Shown here: positions 55,227-63,976 of the stretch, piece after piece
Layout: the number at the start of each line of letters is the position of its first letter
How positions within the stretch are numbered: the first letter of the stretch is position 1
From: a virus
IMG/VR virus record: IMGVR_UViG_3300048599_000388
Location: 1 to 64,000 of that record
DNA length: 64,000 bases
Strand: one strand, 5' to 3'
Made by a program: the position numbers and the translations under genes
The notes under the pieces: generated by a model
Told to the model about the DNA's origin: nothing
Databases searched by the model: none
Seen by the model: the letters and a program-made list of their open reading frames with translations, nothing else

Positions 55227-56093
55227 ATGGCCGCAGCACAAGCAAAAAAAAAGAACCCCGACAAAAGAACACAGAATACCCCCACAATTATTGATCAACA
55301 TTTTCCCAAATCAAGAACTCCACAGATGCCCCGACGCAAACGAATCACAGCATCGAAAGAAGCAGTGTTCTTGGAAAACGTCCGGAAATACAAAACGCAA
55401 CTGGAGCGTCATTTCGTAATATTTTGCAAACTGCTGGCAGAGGTCTTCACAGAAAAATATTACCGCCCCAAATATGTAAATTTCCAAACATATGTGGAAA
55501 CAGAACTCGGATGGTCGTTCAAAACCGCATATAATTACGTCGCTGTCGGGCTCGTTACCAATGAATTCAAAATTGACGAGGATACCGCTGTACAAATCGG
55601 TAAATCCAAAATGTTCCTGATTGCAGCATATGCAGGAATAAAGGGTGTCACGCAGAGGCACGTCGAAGCCGCTATCAGCAATGCTGAAGAATCTGCCACA
55701 TACGGAGAGTTTTTCGATTGGATAAAAATGGCAAGAGAATCGCTGTTAATCAACCGGCAGCCTAGTGGATCCACAATGATTCAAGCCACTCCGCTTGTCA
55801 CAGTAAAATTAAAACTTCCCCAAACCGAGATAGATTGGCTGTCCAAAATTTTATACACAGTAAAGGAAAACCTTGCACAAACACGCCAAACCGATATAAC
55901 AGCTATATCTGATGAATTCGCCCTGCATCAAATCGTTTCCGAATGGGCAGCACTAAAAGGATTGGCTGTTAATGGCATCCCAAGAGACGAACCATACGAT
56001 ACCCCCGAATCAATCGACACAGACGAACCAATCGATATTGAGTCAATCACAGACGGACCAGCAAATACCACAGCAGAATCAGGCACAGCCTGA
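55227..56093 (+). CDS. DNA-binding protein candidate (DUF3102/ParB-HTH-like)
   Basis: GGAGG RBS; VNFQTYVETELGWSFKTAYNYVAVG segment. Confidence 0.45.
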   Translation: MAAAQAKKKNPDKRTQNTPTIIDQHFPKSRTPQMPRRKRITASKEAVFLENVRKYKTQLERHFVIFCKLLAEVFTEKYYRPKYVNFQTYVETELGWSFKTAYNYVAVGLVTNEFKIDEDTAVQIGKSKMFLIAAYAGIKGVTQRHVEAAISNAEESATYGEFFDWIKMARESLLINRQPSGSTMIQATPLVTVKLKLPQTEIDWLSKILYTVKENLAQTRQTDITAISDEFALHQIVSEWAALKGLAVNGIPRDEPYDTPESIDTDEPIDIESITDGPANTTAESGTA

Positions 56094-57069
56094 TATCGTT
56101 TCATCTATCCAACACCTGATAAGTCCGCACGGCAAACCAAATTGTCTAGCGGACTTATCGCCCGACCAAATATCCCGCATCATTGGATTCATTAAAGCAA
56201 ATTACGACTATACGCGCATCGCCCGCATAATCCAGGGAGCATGGAAAACGTGCACAGATGTAACCGAAGATACTGTGCGCCACGCCATTGCGGATTTTAC
56301 TGATAGACTGAACGGGGTGGGAGTGGATGTGTCCATGTCGGCTCCGTCCCAAGAGGCAACCAGTCAACCCCCCGCCATTACTCAACAGACCGCCCCCCGC
56401 ACGATTGACGTAGACCTGCCAACCCCCATAGCACCCTACGAATCACACAATCCTATCGGGTCCATATACTCCCTAATACGGAAACAGTTCGACCGTCTCG
56501 AGATGCTAATTGCAAAAGAAAAAGAAGAAGGTCAGACAATTCCAGAAATCGGACGTATCGTAGAAAGTCTCAAGGGCTTAAACCGTGAATTTGTGCAATT
56601 ACGGGACGCAGAAGACCCGCACGGGAACACCCCAGAGAACAAACAAAGCGCCGTCATCATCGAGCAAATGAATGTGCTGGTACAACAAATCAAAGACCGA
56701 GATAACGTCGCTGTCGTAGCAGCCAACTTCACAAAAAAACTTGAAGAATTGGCGGTCCCTATGTTAATGGAGAATCCAGAAGTGCAAAAAGAGCCAAAAA
56801 AACAAGATGCGTCTTTGGCTCTAGACGAACCAATTGATATCGAACCAATTAATACCGAGCTTGAACAGGCAACCAACCCAATTAACATAGACGAACAATA
56901 CTCAAATGAAGAACAAAGTCTCCCGCCCCTCCCGCCATTACCCAAAAAACGTGGCCGGCCAGCAAAAACAGCCGACGACCACGAACGAGAATCAGACAAC
57001 AAGGCAGTGGGTCCCAATAGTAAAAGCCGAGCTCGCGTTAAGAAACTTTTGCGAACAAAAAAATCTTAG
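55972..57069 (+). CDS. Possible small terminase / packaging DNA-binding protein (start uncertain)
   Basis: LSPDQISRIIGFIKANYDYTRIARIIQG HTH-like; immediately upstream of TerL; 122-nt overlap with the previous ORF. Confidence 0.35.
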   Translation: MASQETNHTIPPNQSTQTNQSILSQSQTDQQIPQQNQAQPDIVSSIQHLISPHGKPNCLADLSPDQISRIIGFIKANYDYTRIARIIQGAWKTCTDVTEDTVRHAIADFTDRLNGVGVDVSMSAPSQEATSQPPAITQQTAPRTIDVDLPTPIAPYESHNPIGSIYSLIRKQFDRLEMLIAKEKEEGQTIPEIGRIVESLKGLNREFVQLRDAEDPHGNTPENKQSAVIIEQMNVLVQQIKDRDNVAVVAANFTKKLEELAVPMLMENPEVQKEPKKQDASLALDEPIDIEPINTELEQATNPINIDEQYSNEEQSLPPLPPLPKKRGRPAKTADDHERESDNKAVGPNSKSRARVKKLLRTKKS

Positions 57070-59116
57070 CGCTCACGATACACGCGTCCTCACGCTCTGG
57101 CTTAAATCGCACCCAACAACAACCGGCAAAGACGGTATCTCCTATATTCCATTAGAGATTCTGCGTGAAACTTTTGTAAATTTTACAAAATTCATCGATT
57201 CCGGAGACCCGACACGACTCACAGAAAAACGCGGATTCAAACCGGGACGCATAGTCGACCCAATCGAGTTCGTGGAATCGAAGGAGTTCGTAGGGAACAC
57301 AGTCAGAGTCTGGTCAGGAGTAAAAGACAACCTTGTCCAAATATTCCAGAATGTCCTTGATCCGACAAAAAACGCCTTTCGACCATTCGAAATAGTATTA
57401 ACCGGCTGTATTCGTGGAGGAAAGAGTTTTACGGTCCACTTATCGTTTGAATACATCATCTATTTATTTTCTCGTTTACATGACCCATACGTACAATTCG
57501 GGCTCTCCCCGGGACGCCGAATAGTTCTCGTCTGCCAAGCCACGACACAAAGCAAGGCCGAAGACGTGTTGTTGGCCCCAATGCGCATGGACCTAGATTC
57601 CTCACCATATTTCAGACAAGAATTCCCACGGAATAAAGACATAAATTCCAAAATAATTATGCCGGGTGGAATCCAGGTTATACCGATGGTAGCAAAAGAG
57701 ACAGCAGCAATGGGAGAAAACGTCTTTTCCTACGCACAAACAGAGTCTAATACAATGGAGGTAATCAAAGAATCAAAAAAATTGCGGTTTTCCAACAAAG
57801 AAGAATACGATACAGCCCGAGAGCTTTACACCGTCGCTCATGAGAGAATCAATGCCACATTTCAAACATCCGACCCGATGTTTTTCGGAAAAATATTCTG
57901 TGATAGCTCGGTTGATAACCCCCAGGACTTCGCGCACCAAAAAATGGAGGAAAAAAAAGAAAACCCCAATGCGCCGATATTAATTATCAATAAAACCATA
58001 TGGGGGGCACAAGGTCCACCGCGATTTATGCCCGACGAACCAAAATTCCTTGTCGAAGTCGGAGATAATCACAGAGCCCCGCGCATAATCGATTCAAAAG
58101 ACCACGCTATTAACGAAGTGCTTCATGTCCCCGAACAACTAAAAGAGCATTTCGTTCGTGACATTGAACTCGCCCTCAAAAATTTCGCTGGCCGTGTGAC
58201 CACTGTGACAGGTGCGTTCCTTCCGTTCAGAGAAAAAATTACAAGAGCACAAGACGAGTATTCCAAATTAACGAACGGACAGACACTCTTTCTCCATGAT
58301 GAAATATCATTCGCTGATATGTTTGGGCAACGTGAGCCAGGAGAGCCTGTCGATTGGGATCGCCTCATTAATTACGATTACATACGCACATGCATAGCAG
58401 ACACATCTGTTCCATTCACCATACGATTCGACTTATCCGCCACAGAAGATGCCACTGGATTCGCTATCGGCCGAATACTGGACTATAAAACCATGGACGT
58501 CACCAACGTCTTCAACCAAAGAACCAATCAATACGAACAGGAAAAAAACGCACAGCAACCCATCATAATCATTGACGGGCTTTTGCGCGTCGTTGCACGC
58601 CATGGTGAATGGATAGACCCGGACCTCATTGCACGCCTTGGAATAGAGCTCAATAATCACCTATCCGTCCGATGGGGAACCGGAGATACCGCAGAAAGTT
58701 CTCGCCATATCCTAATACAATGGCGCCTACACAACATTTGGGCAAATCTCTATTCTGTAGATACCAATTTGAGACCAGCCATTGAACTGAAAAATGCATT
58801 ACGAGAAGAACGACTCCTATTTCCACCAAACAAAACAGCCGATACGGAACTCCGAACGGTCCGCCGCATTCTCAAAAACGGTAAAGCAAAAATTGACCAT
58901 CCAACAAATGGATCCAAGGATTTATTTGACTGTCTCCAAGGCTGTGTCTTCGTCCTCATGCAAAAGGAGGCCATGACCTCCAAAAACGATACCTTGGCTA
59001 TGCGACGCGCTGCCAACGCCGATGGTTCCATGGGGAGACTGGAAAGGCGCGGACGAACCGGGGGCGGAACTGGCGGGACAGCAGGACGGCTGAATCGATT
59101 GAGACGGGTGGTATAA
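56906..59116 (+). CDS. terL: Terminase large subunit (start uncertain)
   Basis: Walker A-like TGCIRGGKSF, IVLVCQ, nuclease-like ATEDATGFAIG; the first 164 nt overlap the upstream ORF. Confidence 0.75.
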   Translation: MKNKVSRPSRHYPKNVAGQQKQPTTTNENQTTRQWVPIVKAELALRNFCEQKNLSAHDTRVLTLWLKSHPTTTGKDGISYIPLEILRETFVNFTKFIDSGDPTRLTEKRGFKPGRIVDPIEFVESKEFVGNTVRVWSGVKDNLVQIFQNVLDPTKNAFRPFEIVLTGCIRGGKSFTVHLSFEYIIYLFSRLHDPYVQFGLSPGRRIVLVCQATTQSKAEDVLLAPMRMDLDSSPYFRQEFPRNKDINSKIIMPGGIQVIPMVAKETAAMGENVFSYAQTESNTMEVIKESKKLRFSNKEEYDTARELYTVAHERINATFQTSDPMFFGKIFCDSSVDNPQDFAHQKMEEKKENPNAPILIINKTIWGAQGPPRFMPDEPKFLVEVGDNHRAPRIIDSKDHAINEVLHVPEQLKEHFVRDIELALKNFAGRVTTVTGAFLPFREKITRAQDEYSKLTNGQTLFLHDEISFADMFGQREPGEPVDWDRLINYDYIRTCIADTSVPFTIRFDLSATEDATGFAIGRILDYKTMDVTNVFNQRTNQYEQEKNAQQPIIIIDGLLRVVARHGEWIDPDLIARLGIELNNHLSVRWGTGDTAESSRHILIQWRLHNIWANLYSVDTNLRPAIELKNALREERLLFPPNKTADTELRTVRRILKNGKAKIDHPTNGSKDLFDCLQGCVFVLMQKEAMTSKNDTLAMRRAANADGSMGRLERRGRTGGGTGGTAGRLNRLRRVV
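57172..57190. promoter_or_regulatory. Palindrome TTTTGTAAATTTTACAAAA (copy 4 of 4)
   Basis: Inside the 5' part of the terL ORF, about 100 nt after the upstream stop. Confidence 0.55.
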
Positions 59117-59128
59117 AAAGAGGAACAC

Positions 59129-59314
59129 ATGGGAGAAACAATTGGTCTTGTAATATTGATTATGGGCTCGTGCTTTCTTTATGGAATCATTACTGAGGTT
59201 GTTGATAAAATCCACAACAGAACACGGAAGACCAAAGCAAAAGAACAAGACATTGTTCTGGAACCAAAAGGAGGAATTAAATCTAGTGATATCCCTCCAC
59301 GAATAATTAGATAA
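59129..59314 (+). CDS. Small membrane protein
   Basis: N-terminal TM (IGLVILIMGSCFLYGII). Confidence 0.45.
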   Translation: MGETIGLVILIMGSCFLYGIITEVVDKIHNRTRKTKAKEQDIVLEPKGGIKSSDIPPRIIR

Positions 59315-59315
59315 A

Positions 59316-59350
59316 TACCCCTTGACATCTCGCCACGCCACAAATACAAC
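59316..59350 (+). promoter_or_regulatory. Promoter-like TACCCCTTGACA-N17-TACAAC
   Basis: The 12-mer TACCCCTTGACA also occurs at 55145-55156. Confidence 0.35.
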
Positions 59351-59385
59351 CATCTGAAAGAAAACCAAATATCATTCATATTCAT

Positions 59386-59425
59386 CGTCTGTCCGTGACG
59401 CGACAAACGGACAGACGGAATTTTT
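59386..59425 (+). terminator. Rho-independent terminator-like hairpin
   Basis: 11-bp stem CGTCTGTCCGT/ACGGACAGACG, 10-nt loop, then GAATTTTT. Confidence 0.55.
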
Positions 59426-59441
59426 AAGAAATAACAGACCA

Positions 59442-59600
59442 ATGGAACTCTGTGACATCTGGCTAACGCCCGAGCAAATGCGGCAACCATATGAGACATA
59501 CCGAATGGTAGCACTGGCGGGAATGACTCTATGGTTCAGCCACAGAGATAAGCGTAAGATGCGCTGGAATTGGCTTGAAGAGGCAGTGAAGCTGTTATGA
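59442..59600 (+). CDS. Small hypothetical protein (52 aa, below the ORF-track cutoff)
   Basis: Hand translation MELCDIWLTPEQMRQ...; ATGA overlap with the next gene; weak RBS. Confidence 0.3.
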   Translation: MELCDIWLTPEQMRQPYETYRMVALAGMTLWFSHRDKRKMRWNWLEEAVKLL

Positions 59601-59830
59601 CCAAAAAATATCTCGTCATACCCGGCCCCATGTCATCTCAATACGACAATGACATCCACTACATATCTTTCTCTCAACTATGCCGTCTATACGGAGTCAA
59701 TCCAGCCGAATGCGTTGACGGATCACGAGAATCACAAATGCTCGGCAGAGACACGTCAAACCTTATAGTATTGAGACCGTTATACAGCGGAAAATATGAT
59801 TCTGTGAGAAAAAACAAATCTACCCCATGA
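59597..59830 (+). CDS. Hypothetical protein
   Basis: ATGA-coupled to the methyltransferase. Confidence 0.45.
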   Translation: MTKKYLVIPGPMSSQYDNDIHYISFSQLCRLYGVNPAECVDGSRESQMLGRDTSNLIVLRPLYSGKYDSVRKNKSTP

Positions 59831-60510
59831 CCCACCCCATCCTCACTGCATCCATAGGCAAGAATACCGCCCAACTCCAAAACATTCTGTCTCTCTATGT
59901 CCCCCTACATTCCACAATCGCAGACCTAACCTACGGGAAGGGCTGGTTCTGGAAAAATATAGATTGCTCTCTATATACAGTCTTCGGATCCGACGTGTCA
60001 GATCGAATTACCCAAAAACAACCCCCGCTCTCCTTTATTCCAACACCATCGCTTGTCAGGTCCGATGCCACGCTCACGCCGTACCGTTCGGAATCCCTGG
60101 ACGCAGTGATAGTCGACCCGCCATACGCCAACGGATCCACGACCCCACGGCGCGATTCCATATCAGCAGGCTACAATCTCGGATCCCTTGTCGGCCTACC
60201 AGCCATTATGGAATTTTACAAAAAAACCGCCCTAGAAATAGCCCGAATCCTTAAGCCATCAGGCATCGCAATCATCAAATGTCAAGACATGGTGAATTCC
60301 GGAAAAAACCATTTCATCCATTGTGACATTAAGACGATGTACGAGAATTTACCCAACCCATGCACTCCAATAGACCTGCTCATTCTCGTTCAAAAGCACA
60401 CTCCCATTGTCCAACATGCCCGTCAATTCCACGCCCGCAAGAATCACTCATATTGGTGGGTATTCAAAAAACGCCCTGTAAAACACGTTAAAAATAGACT
60501 AACAGCCTAA
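59827..60510 (+). CDS. DPPY-motif DNA methyltransferase candidate (orphan)
   Basis: VIVDPPYANG motif IV; IADLTYGKGWF upstream; no adjacent restriction endonuclease. Confidence 0.6.
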   Translation: MTHPILTASIGKNTAQLQNILSLYVPLHSTIADLTYGKGWFWKNIDCSLYTVFGSDVSDRITQKQPPLSFIPTPSLVRSDATLTPYRSESLDAVIVDPPYANGSTTPRRDSISAGYNLGSLVGLPAIMEFYKKTALEIARILKPSGIAIIKCQDMVNSGKNHFIHCDIKTMYENLPNPCTPIDLLILVQKHTPIVQHARQFHARKNHSYWWVFKKRPVKHVKNRLTA

Positions 60511-60557
60511 ACCATTCACAATTCCCTTGCCTTTCCCGTAAACCACTTATATTCCTA

Positions 60558-61580
60558 TTGCAAAAATTAATAACCACTCCACAAGAGGATTATATGAATC
60601 ACACAGTCCCCAACGACCTCAATATAGACGAATTTTTAACACTCAGAGCATCGATGACAACCGCTCAACTCGGCGCCCATTACGGACGCACCTCACGAAC
60701 CATCAATTACTGGCTGCAGGCACTCAAAGAAAAAGGGATAATAAAAGACAGTGGCCATCAATCAATTACGTATCCATTGCAAAATCCCAACCACCCCCTA
60801 TTCCCAGAACCGCTCGGCAAAGAATATAACGATTTTGCAACAATAAAGACCGACCGCGCCATTATCCTGGGAGACTCCGAAATCCCATACCACGACCCGG
60901 AAATCTTCCAACTCGCCTATTCCATCGCTCAGCGATTCGACATAAAAACGCTCATAATCAACGGAGACTTTCTCGCTCTCGACTGTTTCTCAACATGGGC
61001 AAAACAGATTGTCCACAAGTGGGCTTTTGAAGAAGAACTAGACCCTGGCGAACGTATCCTCGAAACGCTACTCCAGCAGTTCGACCACATCTATTACAAC
61101 CAGGGTAACCACGAGCTCCGCCTCGCACACCGTGTCGACGGTCAAATGACTATCGGCAAATTCCTCGAAAAATTCGCAAAAGTTCAGTTCTCCGAATATG
61201 CATTCTGCATGCTCGAGCACGGCACGCGCACTAACCCGCACGACCCGTCAGCTCCTCCAGAACCCAACCGCACCATGGTCGTGCATCCAAAAAACTATTC
61301 ACGAATCCCACTAGCTACAGCCCGCGAACTCGCCGCAATTCACCATTGCAACATCCTGTGCGGTCACAACCACCATCAAGCCATAGGACACGACCGATCC
61401 GGCCGCTATTTCATCATGGACGGCGGCTGCTGCCGTGACCCACTCCACACAAGCTATAAAAGCTTACAGGTAACCACACACCCCGCATGGAATCCGGGAT
61501 TTTCCCTTATACTCCAAGAAAATCCCTACCTGATAAATAAGAGCAATGCAGAGTTCTGGAAAAAGGTGAGGATAGACTAA
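60558..61580 (+). CDS. HTH plus calcineurin-like metallophosphoesterase
   Basis: ILGDSEIPYHD, INGDF, GNHE, CGHNHH motifs; N-terminal TTAQLGAHYGRTSRTINYW HTH. Confidence 0.7.
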   Translation: MQKLITTPQEDYMNHTVPNDLNIDEFLTLRASMTTAQLGAHYGRTSRTINYWLQALKEKGIIKDSGHQSITYPLQNPNHPLFPEPLGKEYNDFATIKTDRAIILGDSEIPYHDPEIFQLAYSIAQRFDIKTLIINGDFLALDCFSTWAKQIVHKWAFEEELDPGERILETLLQQFDHIYYNQGNHELRLAHRVDGQMTIGKFLEKFAKVQFSEYAFCMLEHGTRTNPHDPSAPPEPNRTMVVHPKNYSRIPLATARELAAIHHCNILCGHNHHQAIGHDRSGRYFIMDGGCCRDPLHTSYKSLQVTTHPAWNPGFSLILQENPYLINKSNAEFWKKVRID

Positions 61581-61601
61581 CAACTCCACAACCAATAACC
61601 A

Positions 61602-61955
61602 CTACAAATCGTTAATGTCCACCTGCATAGGGTTCCCAGCAATGTCTTCCCAACCAACTTTCTTGCTACCCCATGCAGGAATAAACGCGACCTCAATCCA
61701 ACCCTCATCTCTGATTTCATCATCAGCATCCCAAGCGAAGACCGATGCCTGCTCTATCACCCAACCATCACGATCACCATCATAGTGAATCCTGATGTTG
61801 TCTGCAGCGCGCACATGCATCAACCCCACCTCAAGATAATGTGAAGCGGGTTCGTTAATTTCTGGATACCAAAACTCAGCCTGCCAATAAGACGGCCCTA
61901 GTTCAGACATTTCCAATTTTTTATAGTTACCAGAATTCTTTGATACCTCAATCAT
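61602..61955 (-). CDS. Acidic hypothetical protein
   Basis: Third gene of the minus-strand cassette. Confidence 0.45.
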   Translation of the reverse strand: MIEVSKNSGNYKKLEMSELGPSYWQAEFWYPEINEPASHYLEVGLMHVRAADNIRIHYDGDRDGWVIEQASVFAWDADDEIRDEGWIEVAFIPAWGSKKVGWEDIAGNPMQVDINDL

Positions 61956-62000
61956 GTCTTATTCCCTTTCTGGTTTTTCCTTCATTGTATCTAAAACAGA

Positions 62001-62318
62001 CTAACCCAAACACCCATTTATCTTGCGCAAAACGTCGAGAGACAAATTATTCCATATCACCCCACTCAGCCGAATAACCAAAATCTCCTTTTCGGCCTGA
62101 TCTCGTAACGCCTGTGTAACCGGGACAATATGTGTCTCCCAACCATCGCAACTGCGCGCATCACAATCTATCCCAGACACCCTGTTGAACCGAATATCGT
62201 TGTCCAAAACAACCGCATATTCGGTCACCGCAACAATGCGCTGAATAGATGTACGGTCAAAACTATAAATGACCGCCACCTCTGCACCCACAACGGCAAA
62301 CCTGCTATGCCACTCCAT
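62001..62318 (-). CDS. Hypothetical protein
   Basis: Its start abuts the RHH gene stop. Confidence 0.45.
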   Translation of the reverse strand: MEWHSRFAVVGAEVAVIYSFDRTSIQRIVAVTEYAVVLDNDIRFNRVSGIDCDARSCDGWETHIVPVTQALRDQAEKEILVIRLSGVIWNNLSLDVLRKINGCLG

Positions 62319-62319
62319 A

Positions 62320-62571
62320 TTACACCCCCCCCTCTTCTCGCGCCTCGCGCAAACAGACAGCGCGCATCCACGAAGATACCGATAATCCGGAGCGCTCCGA
62401 TGCGCGCACTAATAGCGCGTGCTCCTCTTCCGACAAACCAACAGGCACCCTTTTTTCTTGCCTCCTGCCAGTCTTCTCTTGCCTTCTTACTGTTTTCTCG
62501 TCTTTTTCCATTAAGTTATCTCCATTGATGTGCGTAAACCTATTTTTAACATAGCCACAAAAAAGCACCAT
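62320..62571 (-). CDS. Ribbon-helix-helix (MobC/CopG-like) protein, probable start 62511
   Basis: RVPVGLSEEEHALLVRASERSGLSVSSWMRAVCL; GGAGAT RBS before MEKDEKTV. Confidence 0.65.
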   Translation of the reverse strand: MVLFCGYVKNRFTHINGDNLMEKDEKTVRRQEKTGRRQEKRVPVGLSEEEHALLVRASERSGLSVSSWMRAVCLREAREEGGV

Positions 62572-62615
62572 GTCAATATTTTATTCTTGACATGGTGCTT
62601 TTTAAGCACTATGAT
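62548..62615. promoter_or_regulatory. Mirror-image divergent promoters built on a 17-bp perfect inverted repeat
   Basis: AAAAAGCACCATGTCAA 62560-62576 / TTGACATGGTGCTTTTT 62587-62603; plus strand TTGACA-N17-TATGAT (62610-62615); minus strand TTGACA-N17-TATGTT (62553-62548). Confidence 0.65.
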
Positions 62616-62852
62616 GTATTTAAAGGAACACGAAAACAACCAAAAGCAAGCGGGCTGCTCAACAAAATCGACCCGGTGAAAAAGAGGGAAAACAAAAAAG
62701 GGCATCTCGCCCCCCCCCTCCGAAGCGGTAAAACTCCGCAACCCAAATCCGGCCGGCAGGAGACACTTACTCCCAACACCCGGCGACGAGAAGAAGGGGA
62801 AAACAATCCAAGACAACTTGACCCGAACCACTATAAAAAAAGGAGAATACAA

Positions 62853-63131
62853 ATGTCCTGGAACTTAATGACGAGACACGATCAAGAAATACTAGACGAG
62901 ATCAGACAAATCAATGACCTTGAAAAACTTGAAAAACTGGCCACAAAAATCAAGACAGTGATTTACCTTGACAAACAAGACCCGGTTCGCGACCTACTCT
63001 TGAACATCCTCAACTCCAAACGGGAACAACTCAAGGCAGACAAACAACCCATACAGTGGCACACAGCCCCAGACGGCTCGCCTTGTTGTTGCACAGCAGA
63101 GGACCGCCGCTACGGATGTGGATGCAGATAA
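62853..63131 (+). CDS. Hypothetical protein (C-terminal Cys cluster)
   Basis: AAGGAG RBS before MSWNLMTRHDQ; I regard the ORF-track start 62592 as unlikely. Confidence 0.5.
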   Translation: MSWNLMTRHDQEILDEIRQINDLEKLEKLATKIKTVIYLDKQDPVRDLLLNILNSKREQLKADKQPIQWHTAPDGSPCCCTAEDRRYGCGCR

Positions 63132-63154
63132 TATAACAAAAAAGGAGCCCATCA

Positions 63155-63379
63155 ATGCCCACACGCACCCTATACGCATCCGACACCTTCCAGCGCGTCG
63201 CCATGCTCGATGACGTCCAGGCCATTATAGATGTCCTTGGAAGGGATCAAATTGACCTAGCACGATTCAAAAGAGCATACAGACTCCGCGCAAACCTCAA
63301 TACCAACGAACAACAAAAATATCGCAATATCGCCCAAGCTATATTAAAAAGAACCGAACTGATTCGGACAAACTTTTAA
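63155..63379 (+). CDS. Hypothetical protein
   Basis: AAGGAG RBS; co-oriented. Confidence 0.5.
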   Translation: MPTRTLYASDTFQRVAMLDDVQAIIDVLGRDQIDLARFKRAYRLRANLNTNEQQKYRNIAQAILKRTELIRTNF

Positions 63380-63407
63380 TCCATACCGACACGAAAGGAG
63401 TTTCCCC

Positions 63408-63614
63408 GTGTCTATGCCACGCCACACCCACTACCGTGCCTATTCCATAACCGACCCATGGAAGCGCATCTCGCGCGACCACCTAATAACAGCGCTCCGC
63501 CAATCTTTTCCACCACATGAAGTAAATTCCATGATAGCAAAAATCGACCGTGGAGATATCCTAGAGACAGCACACGCTTTTTACAAATGCGAGTGGAAAA
63601 GAGCAACCAACTAG
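63408..63614 (+). CDS. Hypothetical protein
   Basis: AAGGAG RBS upstream; GTG 63408 or ATG 63414. Confidence 0.45.
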   Translation: MSMPRHTHYRAYSITDPWKRISRDHLITALRQSFPPHEVNSMIAKIDRGDILETAHAFYKCEWKRATN

Positions 63615-63700
63615 TGTCACCCAGGCAACAAAGCATCCCATCACCTACCGGCGGGACACCACTCCCGCCCCTCCATTATTCCATGCCAAGGAGCACCACC

Positions 63701-63976
63701 ATGATATCCATCGACCATCTCGAGCAAGCATCACTACCAAAATCCAATCCACTCACCATAGGAGAGGTCTACGGTCCTGCCATGAACGTCACAACCAAAG
63801 AGGACGCAGACCTATACTTTAACGCCCTTGTCAAATACACAATGAAACGCTTCAAAATGTCCAAACAGGAAGCACAAAAAACTACAAAAGCAAATCTCGG
63901 CTATTACGCAGGACACTGCATAGACGAAACGATGCATCGCGTCCAAAAACTATTCTCATGCTTTCACCAAAAATAG
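63701..63976 (+). CDS. Hypothetical protein
   Basis: AAGGAG RBS before MISIDHLEQ; the ORF-track start 63587 overlaps the previous gene. Confidence 0.45.
   Translation: MISIDHLEQASLPKSNPLTIGEVYGPAMNVTTKEDADLYFNALVKYTMKRFKMSKQEAQKTTKANLGYYAGHCIDETMHRVQKLFSCFHQK

Noticed and set aside
55014-55301. 95-aa minus-strand ORF in the packaging-gene upstream gap
   Set aside because: It overlaps the RBS and start of 55227 and the 12-bp inverted repeat. It has no RBS and gives a hydrophobic, Cys-rich, low-complexity translation.
62592-62852. ATG 62592 as the start of the 179-aa ORF
   Set aside because: The ATG lies inside the spacer of the near-consensus promoter and has no SD. A strong AAGGAG RBS precedes ATG 62853.
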